From assembly GCA_963976765.1 (NCBI GenBank), contig CAXBME010000031.1, positions 62,001-100,911 of the forward strand: a stretch of DNA of 38,911 bases. The letters are read 5' to 3'. Every line of letters begins with the position of its first letter. The stretch's first letter is position 1. The DNA is from an uncultured Planctomycetaceae bacterium (GTDB lineage: Bacteria; Planctomycetota; Planctomycetia; Planctomycetales; Planctomycetaceae). The translations under genes and the position numbers were made by a program. Below are positions 1-7,914 of this stretch, one piece after another. The notes beneath the pieces are model-generated. The model was not told the origin of the DNA. It did not search any database and saw nothing but the letters and a program-made list of their open reading frames with translations.

Positions 1-146
1 CAGCCAAGCGACTGCTTCTTCAGGTTCGCATGGAAGACGCTGCCGCTGCTGACGAAATCTTCCGCGTTCTAATGGGTGACCACGTCGAACCCCGCCGCGA
101 ATTTATCGAAAAGCACGCTCTCGACGTCAAAGATCTCGACATTTAG
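1..146 (+). CDS. gyrB: DNA gyrase subunit B, C-terminal fragment (gene begins upstream of the window)
   Basis: Frame from nt 3 reads [47 protein letters not shown], the characteristic GyrB C-terminus ([12 protein letters not shown]...LDI). TAG at 144-146. Confidence 0.92.
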   Translation, partial: AKRLLLQVRMEDAAAADEIFRVLMGDHVEPRREFIEKHALDVKDLDI

Positions 147-162
147 TTAACTCTGTTGGTGG

Positions 163-221
163 GAGACACAAAGGTTGAGATCTGAGACATAAACCTTGAG
201 TCTGTGAGACACAAAGTTTGA
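163..221 (+). repeat. Three imperfect direct repeats, consensus GAGACAYAAANNTTGA, period 21-22 bp
   Basis: gagacacaaaggttga (163-178), gagacataaaccttga (184-199), gagacacaaagtttga (206-221). Confidence 0.8.
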
Positions 222-256
222 AACGCGCGAGGGCTCCTTTTTCACCCGATGAGTGA

Positions 257-319
257 TTCCGAGTCCTGATGGGCGATCAAGTCGAACCCCGTCGCGAGTT
301 CATCGAGAAGCACATTCTC
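257..319 (+). pseudogene. Diverged partial duplicate of the gyrB 3' end
   Basis: Encodes [21 protein letters not shown] versus [21 protein letters not shown] at 60-122. 51/63 nt identical by hand count; 10 of 12 mismatches are at third codon positions. Confidence 0.8.
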
Positions 320-487
320 ACCGCGATGAGTCGTCTTCGATTGGGGATCGCGTGCTATTGTCTCCTGAAAGATCAGCTCCCGACCGCGGCACGGCTTGGG
401 CGGCGAATCCGTGGAATATGGCCAAGTGTTCGCGATCGATACACGCAGACGCATGACGATTCGCTTCTGGTCATGATGCAGCGAAGC

Positions 488-1369
488 TCAGTCGTCCCAT
501 GACGTGCTGAGGTCGTGTTCATCGCAAATCAGGAATACCCAGATGAATCCAGTATGCGGAATGGCAAAGTAGTGCTCGGTGGTTCCGGAGGAGAAACGAT
601 CAGACTCAAGCCAGTATTCCGTGTCACCGTCTCCTGAGTGCTGGACGTATCTGCTCACTGGTGAGTTCTGTGCGACGAACCTCTGATAGCTCCGAGATCC
701 GGCTGCATCGTCCCGGCGCACGCGATAGCAGCCGCGATCTCGCAGAGATTCTGAAACCCAGCCGAACTGGATTCTGCCTTCGAACGTTCCAATCGTTACA
801 CAGGGGAAATCTGTGAGTTGCGCCCAACGCGCGAGCAATCCTGTCAATGAGACGTTAAACGTGCTGCGTATGTCCAGGATGGCCTGTGGTTCGGGGAAGT
901 TCTCTTTGTTGATGTGTGGTTTGAGTAGTTGTCTCGGCATCAGCAGACCGGCGGCGAAGTGATCAGCTTGTTGCTCGATCAGCTTGTGAGACGAAAACTC
1001 GCTGAACGATTCATGAGGTTGCAGGTTACTAACCAGGTAAGCTCGATGGTCATCGAGGTAGTAGTGGCCCAGTTCGTGTGCAATTGAGAACAACACTCGG
1101 GAATGATGTTGACCGGTCCGGTGTCGCCAACGGTTGTACTTTGTGTTGTAGCAGAGCAGGAAGCGGTTACCGAGGTAGCGAATTCGACCATCAAAGGCGT
1201 TGCCGAAATCCTCACCGGCGGCGTAGATCAATCGACGCTCCGCATGCAGAATCTGGAAGACGTCGACCGGCGGACTGGTGAATCCGTGAGCAATGGCAGT
1301 TTCTTCTCCCTTTCGCATCGCGGCATTGCGCTCTTCGTAGAACTGTCGCCACTGTGCTTTACGATCCAT
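488..1369 (-). CDS. ImmA/IrrE (CapP-like) Zn-dependent metallopeptidase
   Basis: HELGH (HExxH) and EQQADHFAAGLLMP motifs, then an HTH-like segment (IRSTFNVSLTGLLARW) and a C-terminal domain. The start is placed at ATG 1369 (MDRKAQ), which overlaps the upstream stop; the ORF track extends to 1471. Confidence 0.88.
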   Translation of the reverse strand: MDRKAQWRQFYEERNAAMRKGEETAIAHGFTSPPVDVFQILHAERRLIYAAGEDFGNAFDGRIRYLGNRFLLCYNTKYNRWRHRTGQHHSRVLFSIAHELGHYYLDDHRAYLVSNLQPHESFSEFSSHKLIEQQADHFAAGLLMPRQLLKPHINKENFPEPQAILDIRSTFNVSLTGLLARWAQLTDFPCVTIGTFEGRIQFGWVSESLRDRGCYRVRRDDAAGSRSYQRFVAQNSPVSRYVQHSGDGDTEYWLESDRFSSGTTEHYFAIPHTGFIWVFLICDEHDLSTSWDD

Positions 1370-1733
1370 CAGAGGAGCCCGTCGGTTCATCGTCTTCCTC
1401 TGGTTCCTCGGTCGCTTGGCGTTCGAGTTCACTAAGTCGTTCCACGATTTCTGGAGAGATCGGCTCGCCATCTGCGCGAAACATAGCGGCGAGTTCCTCG
1501 TTAACTTCAGCCGTTTCGTCTTCGTACGCGACGTTCTGCGCTACTTCATGGTCGAACAAATGTGTTCCGCGAATCTTTTGCAGCATCCGCTCTTGTTTGG
1601 CATGCGAAATCTCAACGTGCCCAAGGGCTTCGAGCATCGCATCTTCAGCCTGGGTTGTCCGGGGACGGAAGCCTTTGGGGACGAGCGCCCTTCGCAGTAG
1701 TCCGTCGAGCAACTTTTCGTCGCGGTCGCTCAT
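1359..1733 (-). CDS. Small acidic hypothetical protein, candidate anti-sigma factor / protease substrate
   Basis: 124 aa with a very acidic C-terminus. Its ATG overlaps the sigma-factor stop (1730-1733) and its stop overlaps the peptidase start. The function is inferred from position only. Confidence 0.72.
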   Translation of the reverse strand: MSDRDEKLLDGLLRRALVPKGFRPRTTQAEDAMLEALGHVEISHAKQERMLQKIRGTHLFDHEVAQNVAYEDETAEVNEELAAMFRADGEPISPEIVERLSELERQATEEPEEDDEPTGSSDGS

Positions 1734-2371
1734 TGTCTTTGTTCCAGATAATTGAGGTCAAAACCGAGTTTCTTCAACTCGTCTCTGACGATTTTCGATG
1801 TCCGTGATTTGTTGACGCGAACGGTACCTGCCGGAATTGGCACTCCCTGGTTGTGCTTTTCTCCAAGCTGTTTACCTAGTTCTCCCGCGTCGATTTCAGT
1901 ACAGGCAAGTGCAAACGTCAACCAAATTTCGCGATGGACAGGTTTCAGTCGATCGAGGATTTTTTTCAGTGCTTCAAGAAGCTCAGGAAACTCACTCTCT
2001 ATTTCATCGAGTTTTTCTTCAATCTTCGGGTCAGGAAAATCATCACCGAGAGCATCGAAATAGACTTCTTTCTGGCGAGTCTTCTGCCACTTAAGTCTGC
2101 ACGCCGCATGTTCCCGAGCGGCGTTCTTGATGAATCCGTATACGAATCCGGCGAGCGGTCGTTCGCCGTCATATCGCTCTCGGACCTCCCAGAATCGGCG
2201 AATGCCCTCGCTAACAACGTCTTCTGCAGTAGGTTCGTCGAACTGCGGGTATTGTCTTCTGATCGAAACTTCGAAAGCGCCTGCGTGCTTCATGACCAGT
2301 TGAGCCAGCGAACTCTCTTCACCGTCCCACGCTCCCAAAGCAATGTCTTCATCGGATGGCAGGTCGTCCAT
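1730..2371 (-). CDS. Sigma-70 family ECF-type RNA polymerase sigma factor
   Basis: 213 aa. Region-2-like AEDVVSEGIRRFW...FVYGFIKNAAREH and region-4-like LDRLKPVHREIW...IPAGTVRVNKSR. Confidence 0.8.
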   Translation of the reverse strand: MDDLPSDEDIALGAWDGEESSLAQLVMKHAGAFEVSIRRQYPQFDEPTAEDVVSEGIRRFWEVRERYDGERPLAGFVYGFIKNAAREHAACRLKWQKTRQKEVYFDALGDDFPDPKIEEKLDEIESEFPELLEALKKILDRLKPVHREIWLTFALACTEIDAGELGKQLGEKHNQGVPIPAGTVRVNKSRTSKIVRDELKKLGFDLNYLEQRQ

Positions 2372-2477
2372 TGCACGCCACTTTTGAGATAGGGCTTCAT
2401 AAAAGATCTGTGAAACATCGTTACGCGCGACTGCTGAGAATTTCTCTGTAACGGTGCTTCAAAGAGAGGAATAGAGG

Positions 2478-2516
2478 GTTCGAACAGTGAGTAATCTCGT
2501 TGAATACTGTTCAAAC
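2478..2516. promoter_or_regulatory. Imperfect palindrome in the divergent sigma/CBASS intergenic region (candidate operator or promoter element)
   Basis: GTTCGAACAGT-N17-ACTGTTCAAAC; 10/11 arm positions are complementary. Confidence 0.4.
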
Positions 2517-2644
2517 ATGCAAGCGTTGGGGAGATAACCGGCAGCGAATGGGCGTTTTCAGTATCTCGGACCCACTTTGCTGTTTCGAAAAGCACTGAAG
2601 CAGAAAAACCCCATCTGCAGATAATAACCGATCAGGAGTTTGAG

Positions 2645-4198
2645 TTGAGCAATGCAAGTTCCGCCCGGCAATTGGGCGACGAAGTTCACAGGAGCATCTT
2701 CTGGCACAAGATCTGCCGAATGACAGCCCGCGGTAAAATTGCGAAGGTTGGATTTGAAACCGAGGAGTTCAAAGCCTTCGATGACGTTGCCGTTGTTTAT
2801 GCCACACCAAAGTCCAACGGCGCTGGCGGCTGGTACGATGAGGACCACAGTCAGGTGAAATTCTCCATGACAGGAGAAAAAACTCTGACAGATGAATCGC
2901 TGACTGATCCCAAATTTATCAACGCCACGTCGGTTTCACTGCTTGAGCGTTTACAGCAGGCCGTGGTCAAGGCAGAAGCCGAGAATCGTCGTTGTCTGTT
3001 TCGGCTTTGGTCTCCCTGGTCCATTGAACCGGGCAGCGTTCTGGCTGCCATCGTGGATAAGACGGACGGATCGTTGAGGATCAAACAGCTCCTTGCTGGG
3101 CGGACCGTCGGAAGTAGAACCGGAAAGGTGAGGAAAATCTGGGCGGACTGTCTCGGAATCGACATGAATGACGCTACCGAGTTTCGGCGAATTTTGACGC
3201 CGCTGCGTATCGAACAGGATGTCAGGACGTACGAGCGAATCCGTGATGATTTATCGATGGAACTGGCTACAGCGGGATATCGGCCGATCGACGAGTGCCA
3301 GCGGTCGGATAGCTATTCCACGTTGATCCAGAAACTGAGTGCAGAAGGAGTTATCTGGTTCGATCGCGATTGCAGCATCAAGTACTGCATGAGTGAGAAT
3401 CTGTGGATCGGGACGCCAGCGAATCAGGATACCGACGCGAAGCATCTGGGAATTCGCAGTTACACGCGTTTCGCAGACACGCTTGAAGATCACGTCGACG
3501 AGATACTTTGCGTTTCGCAGTTTTTTGACGATCGCTGGATTGCAGAAACGTCACTTTGGTCGGGCGAAGTCTTGCCGCGCCTTTCCACGTTCTTGTCTGA
3601 GCAGCTCAAATCTGGGCAGGAATACCGTTTCTCGCTTGCGACGCACGGCTCCGTAGCGTTTGCCGCAGGATATTTCGCGGAGCCGAAACTGGGTGCCAGA
3701 TTTGCAATCGAACAACGCGGACCGCGTGGGACACAACTCTGGAAGCCGAATGATTCGATTCAAGATGACCGGCCGCATGGTTTGTCTGAAAAACTCATCG
3801 AAATTCGAACTGAGGGCGAAGAACTGGCTCTGGCGGTGAGTATTTCACAACCATTGGCTCAAGACGTCGAATCGTTTGTCCGAGCCGAATTGCCCGGAGT
3901 GCGGCAGTTGCTTCACTGTGCTGTTGAGAAAACGGGCCAGGACGTTTTGCTCGATGGTCAGCATGCTTTCGATTGCGCTCGGCAAATTATCGGACTGATC
4001 ACGTCGTTGCGGAACGAGTTGGGTGTAACCGGACGGATTCACCTGTTTTGGGCGGCGCCGAACGCGTTTGTGTTCTTCTTGGGTCAACTGTCGCGCGGAC
4101 TCGGCGTCGTCAACCTTTACGAATTCGATTTCGAACGGACCCACGGCGGTTCGTATTCACCGTCACTTGTCCTGTCACCAGACATGAGACTCAACTGA
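2645..4198 (+). CDS. cap4: CBASS effector, Cap4-like: restriction-endonuclease-fold nuclease plus C-terminal SAVED domain
   Basis: N-terminal ARQLGD...FW and FDDVAV...HSQVKF (D...QxK nuclease motif). SAVED motifs at the C-terminus: SVAFAAGY, LALAVSIS, IHLFWAAPNAFVFFLGQ, LYEFD. Lies directly upstream of a CD-NTase. TTG start. Confidence 0.85.
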   Translation: MSNASSARQLGDEVHRSIFWHKICRMTARGKIAKVGFETEEFKAFDDVAVVYATPKSNGAGGWYDEDHSQVKFSMTGEKTLTDESLTDPKFINATSVSLLERLQQAVVKAEAENRRCLFRLWSPWSIEPGSVLAAIVDKTDGSLRIKQLLAGRTVGSRTGKVRKIWADCLGIDMNDATEFRRILTPLRIEQDVRTYERIRDDLSMELATAGYRPIDECQRSDSYSTLIQKLSAEGVIWFDRDCSIKYCMSENLWIGTPANQDTDAKHLGIRSYTRFADTLEDHVDEILCVSQFFDDRWIAETSLWSGEVLPRLSTFLSEQLKSGQEYRFSLATHGSVAFAAGYFAEPKLGARFAIEQRGPRGTQLWKPNDSIQDDRPHGLSEKLIEIRTEGEELALAVSISQPLAQDVESFVRAELPGVRQLLHCAVEKTGQDVLLDGQHAFDCARQIIGLITSLRNELGVTGRIHLFWAAPNAFVFFLGQLSRGLGVVNLYEFDFERTHGGSYSPSLVLSPDMRLN

Positions 4199-4216
4199 AC
4201 CCACGGAGGAAAAAAC

Positions 4217-5344
4217 ATGGACCTGCCCAACTACTTCAAGGACTTTCTTGCCGAAATCCGTCCGACATCGGACCAGCGGACGAAGATGAAGAAGAAACAT
4301 CGAGAGCTGCGGGATCATCTTGAGACCGATGACGAACTGCGTCCACTGATTATTTCCACTTTCATCCAGGGCAGTTATCGCCGATTTACGGCAACTCGCG
4401 CGGAGAACGGTGATAAGTGTGACGTGGATGTGATCGCCGTGACCAACATGCACGAAAGCGACTTTTCGGCCCGTAATGCGTTAGAGAAATTTCGACCGTT
4501 CCTGGAGAAGCACTATTCGGGTCAGTATCGGCTGCAGGGACGATCGTGGGGTATCGAGGTGGATGACGAGGTCACTCTCGATCTTGTCCCGACTTCCGCT
4601 CCGTCCGAGGCCGAGCAACAGGCCATGGAATGGACCAGGGCGGCGGCGTGGGATTTTCCAGAAGAACGAGGTTCACTGCTCCTCAACGAGGATGACAGAT
4701 ACTTCTTCGAGAGTTTTCTGAATGCGTCGGCGACACCTCAGTGGAAAGAGGAGCCATTGCGCATCCCGGATCGTGAGGCGGACGAATGGGATGACACTCA
4801 CCCGCTTGAGCAGATTCGCTGGACATGGCAGAAGAACCGAGACACGAACAGTCACTATGTCAACGTGGTGAAGGCCATCAAATGGTGGCGGAAGGTGCAG
4901 CAGCCGTGGCCGAAGTATCCTAAGTCATACCCATTGGAACATATGATCGGAAACTGTTGCCCGGATGGGATCAGTAGTGTTGGTGCCGGTGTAACCGCGG
5001 CATTCGAGGCGATGGAAATGACATACCGCCCGTTGGTTCTCGCGGGGCTGACGCCAGTTCTCGGAGACAGGGGAGTTCCGCACCATAATGTGCTTAACCG
5101 AGTCGCGCCCGACGACTTTGCGTCGTTTCTGAATAACGTGTCCGATGCGGCGGATCTGGCCAGAAGGGCACTTGATGCAGAGTCGGTCAAGGAAAGCGCC
5201 GATCTCTGGCGTGAACTCTTCGGCACCAGGTTTCCTGCACCACCGGCGGAGGAAGGTGATGCTGCAAGCCAGAGCGGAGCAGCTACCGGAGGCTTCACTC
5301 CACGCGTCAACTCGGGCCGAATTGGTGAGGGACGATTCGCGTGA
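4217..5344 (+). CDS. cdnD: CBASS cyclic oligonucleotide synthase (CD-NTase, SMODS), CdnD-like
   Basis: FIQGSYRRFTATR...DVDVIAV and LDLVP catalytic motifs; THPLEQIRWT, KWW, PKYPKSYPLEH; flexible tail ending GRFA, as recalled for Enterobacter cloacae CdnD. RBS GGAGA upstream. Confidence 0.92.
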   Translation: MDLPNYFKDFLAEIRPTSDQRTKMKKKHRELRDHLETDDELRPLIISTFIQGSYRRFTATRAENGDKCDVDVIAVTNMHESDFSARNALEKFRPFLEKHYSGQYRLQGRSWGIEVDDEVTLDLVPTSAPSEAEQQAMEWTRAAAWDFPEERGSLLLNEDDRYFFESFLNASATPQWKEEPLRIPDREADEWDDTHPLEQIRWTWQKNRDTNSHYVNVVKAIKWWRKVQQPWPKYPKSYPLEHMIGNCCPDGISSVGAGVTAAFEAMEMTYRPLVLAGLTPVLGDRGVPHHNVLNRVAPDDFASFLNNVSDAADLARRALDAESVKESADLWRELFGTRFPAPPAEEGDAASQSGAATGGFTPRVNSGRIGEGRFA

Positions 5345-7161
5345 CGACAGGACCGTTGACTCTGACAGACGAGTTGCGTTGCGGCAGACGCGTCATTGAC
5401 TCGCTGCCAAATGTGACATTATTGTCGGACCTGAAAATGTTTGAGGGTATCAGAACCTGGGGGATGCTCTGTCGCATTTCGGTCGACACAGCAGACCCGA
5501 CTCTGGTACCCGCCGACAGTATCTGGTGGGTGCTCCTGTCTCCAGAGTATCCTTGGGGGCGGATCAGGTTCTACCCAGCGATCTCAGACGGGATTACCGG
5601 GACACATCCGCATCAGTCATACAATGGTATCGAAGATAAGACCTTTCCGTGGCGATCGGGGGACATTTGTCTGAATGCTCCTCAATTCGTTTTTGAGCGT
5701 TCCATGTACAATCCGGATCCCATCGGGACTTCCGATCGTATTCGATGGTATTTCAGCCGTGCCGAACAGTGGCTGCTGGCAGCAAGTCGAGGAGAGCTAC
5801 TCGGCGACGGCGAACTATTTGAACTCCCTGTCTTTCTGCCGGAAACCCTCGAACCGTACACAGTTGCCATTAACGAGACGGTTGCAACATGGAAGACGTG
5901 GCAGAACGTCGAAAATCGAGTCGGTCTAGCCGAAGTCGTCGTTGTCGGCGACCAGCGACTACGAACGGTGGCGGTCCGTGAATTCACCGACGTGGACGAC
6001 AATAGTCTGGTGACTTACGACTGGGGCACTCGGATCGAGGATGCATCTCGAAAAATGGCTCGTGCCGTCTGGATCAGACTTCCGACTCTTCCTGTAACGA
6101 AACCCTATGAAGCACCGCACACCTGGGGAGAGTTGTTGCAGACGGCCACCGAGCAGAATGAAGACTTGTTTCAACTCCTCAGAGAAGTATGCAGTGGAAT
6201 TCGAGACGGAGAACCGCACCTGCTACTGCTTGGGTTTCCAGTTTCAAGACGAATGGGCCAGCCGCCATGTCGCATGTACTGGCAGTCTGCGTTGCTCCCA
6301 GTGGTTTCGCATGGTCAGAATTACGCGGACGGTTTCCGCAAAAATGCCGAGGGATACTGGCGTAGAGATCGCGTGGACATTTTCAAAAGCAGGACACGCA
6401 TCCAATGGCAGACCAGCGAAAACTGGGCAGACGACCCCTCAACAAGCCGTGGCCGTATGGACGACAGTCTGAGTGTGCGCGACGTCCTACTTGTTGGTGC
6501 CGGTGCTGTTGGCGGCGTTGCTGCCGAGCTTCTCGTTCGCGCATCTGTCCGCAGCGTTCTGGTTATGGACGACGACGATGTCACTCAGGGTAACCTGTGT
6601 CGGCACGTCCTCGGCATGACCGCCATTGGTACAAACAAGGCCGATGCTCTCTGCGGCGTTCTTACTGACGCACGGCCTGGTGCAATAGCTGGTTCGATCC
6701 CGCGAAGTTTTCCTCCGCAGTCTCATCTCGAAGTGAAACGCGTTCAGGAATGCAGTCTGATACTCGACTGCACTGGCAGCGATGCTGCGTTACGTGAGCT
6801 GGGGACGTTCGACTGGCAGGAGCCAAGATTCTTCTGTTCGATCTCGATCAGTTACCAGGCCCGCCGCGTCTACGTTTTCACGGCTGTAGCAGACTCCTTT
6901 CCAGTCCAGGCATTCGAAGAGCAGGTCGCTCCCTGGCTGCGTCAGGATGTCGATCAATTTGGTGATCACGAACTGGTACAGGACGGTATTGGCTGCTGGC
7001 ATGCCGCGTTCCCGGCTCGGATTGATGATATCTGGATGCTCACAGCCGCGGGCATTCGGCGTTTGGAAGAGGCCGTGTCCAACGCAGAAACCGAGCCGCG
7101 ACTCGTCGTTTTCGAACAGGTTCTGGAAGACGGACGTTTCAACGGGATTCGAAGGATTTGA
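5341..7161 (+). CDS. cap2: CBASS Cap2 (prokaryotic E2 plus ThiF/E1 ubiquitin-transferase-like enzyme)
   Basis: N-terminal E2-like YPW...HPHQ...GDICL; E1 motifs VGAGAVGG, DDD, NLCRH, DCTG and GCWH. The GTG start overlaps the cdnD stop. Confidence 0.9.
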   Translation: MTTGPLTLTDELRCGRRVIDSLPNVTLLSDLKMFEGIRTWGMLCRISVDTADPTLVPADSIWWVLLSPEYPWGRIRFYPAISDGITGTHPHQSYNGIEDKTFPWRSGDICLNAPQFVFERSMYNPDPIGTSDRIRWYFSRAEQWLLAASRGELLGDGELFELPVFLPETLEPYTVAINETVATWKTWQNVENRVGLAEVVVVGDQRLRTVAVREFTDVDDNSLVTYDWGTRIEDASRKMARAVWIRLPTLPVTKPYEAPHTWGELLQTATEQNEDLFQLLREVCSGIRDGEPHLLLLGFPVSRRMGQPPCRMYWQSALLPVVSHGQNYADGFRKNAEGYWRRDRVDIFKSRTRIQWQTSENWADDPSTSRGRMDDSLSVRDVLLVGAGAVGGVAAELLVRASVRSVLVMDDDDVTQGNLCRHVLGMTAIGTNKADALCGVLTDARPGAIAGSIPRSFPPQSHLEVKRVQECSLILDCTGSDAALRELGTFDWQEPRFFCSISISYQARRVYVFTAVADSFPVQAFEEQVAPWLRQDVDQFGDHELVQDGIGCWHAAFPARIDDIWMLTAAGIRRLEEAVSNAETEPRLVVFEQVLEDGRFNGIRRI

Positions 7162-7700
7162 ACGTGAATCGGTCCCATAGCCCCGTAGTTTGCGTTTCCG
7201 AATGTCGCCGATTCGGTGTGGAAATACCTGAGGCAGTCGTTGAGAAGATTTTGCGGTATTGCTCGGACTCGGTGCAGGTCGAAACGGGCGGGATTCTGAT
7301 CGGTTATTACAATCCTGAGCACACGCGCGCAATTGTGGCTGAAGCGACTGGCCCGCCCGCTGATTCAACACGGTTGCCACGGCGTTTCATACGCGGTGTC
7401 CAAGGGCTTCAGCAGTTACTCGATCGTCTCTGGAATCGGCAGCGACTGTATTACTTGGGTGAATGGCACTTTCACCCGGATTCGTCGTCATTGCCTAGCC
7501 AGCAGGACCTCCGCGAAATGCTGAAAATCTCACGAAACAGACTGACTGAGTGCCCCGAACCTTTGCTCGTCATCATTGGTGGCGAGCCGGATGCAAACTG
7601 GTCGATGTCGGTATCAGTCCAGTCAGCCAAGCAAGTCATTCCCCTGGCGAAGTCTTCAACGGCAGCCGTCGCCGGCAGCGAATCGTCATGGACGGCATAA
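7158..7700 (+). CDS. cap3: CBASS Cap3 (JAB/MPN isopeptidase)
   Basis: ETGGILIG and YLGEWHFHP...PSQQD (JAMM motif HxH...S..D). The start overlaps the cap2 stop. Confidence 0.9.
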   Translation: MNVNRSHSPVVCVSECRRFGVEIPEAVVEKILRYCSDSVQVETGGILIGYYNPEHTRAIVAEATGPPADSTRLPRRFIRGVQGLQQLLDRLWNRQRLYYLGEWHFHPDSSSLPSQQDLREMLKISRNRLTECPEPLLVIIGGEPDANWSMSVSVQSAKQVIPLAKSSTAAVAGSESSWTA

Positions 7701-7914
7701 TTCCGAAGTGAGTCGGTCGGAAACTTGCCGACATGGGCGTCATCAGTCAGTTGCGTAGATTGGCTGAAGGATCTTGTGATTGACTTGCTAAGTCTGACAA
7801 TGAGTCCAAAGCTGGTGGCAGAACACTTCATCAGACAAACACTTATACAAGCGACATCTCCAGATCAATGTTGCTTTTCGAGCGTGAGGCGGGACTACGG
7901 AAACGGTCCGGGGC

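Noticed and set aside
163..221. CRISPR mini-array
   Set aside because: The period is only 21-22 bp with 5-6 nt between repeats, too short for spacers, and there are no cas genes in the window.
269..502. 77-aa ORF beginning [15 protein letters not shown] as a real gene
   Set aside because: Only the first ~17 codons match GyrB; the rest is featureless and runs into the peptidase stop. Treated as a relic.
1370..1471. N-terminal extension of the IrrE-like ORF
   Set aside because: It would overlap the 124-aa gene by over 100 bp. ATG 1369 gives a typical short overlap.
147..7914. Intact integrative element or prophage carrying CBASS
   Set aside because: No integrase, transposase or phage gene, and no matching repeat found at the right junction (7701-7914). 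Only indirect scars are present.
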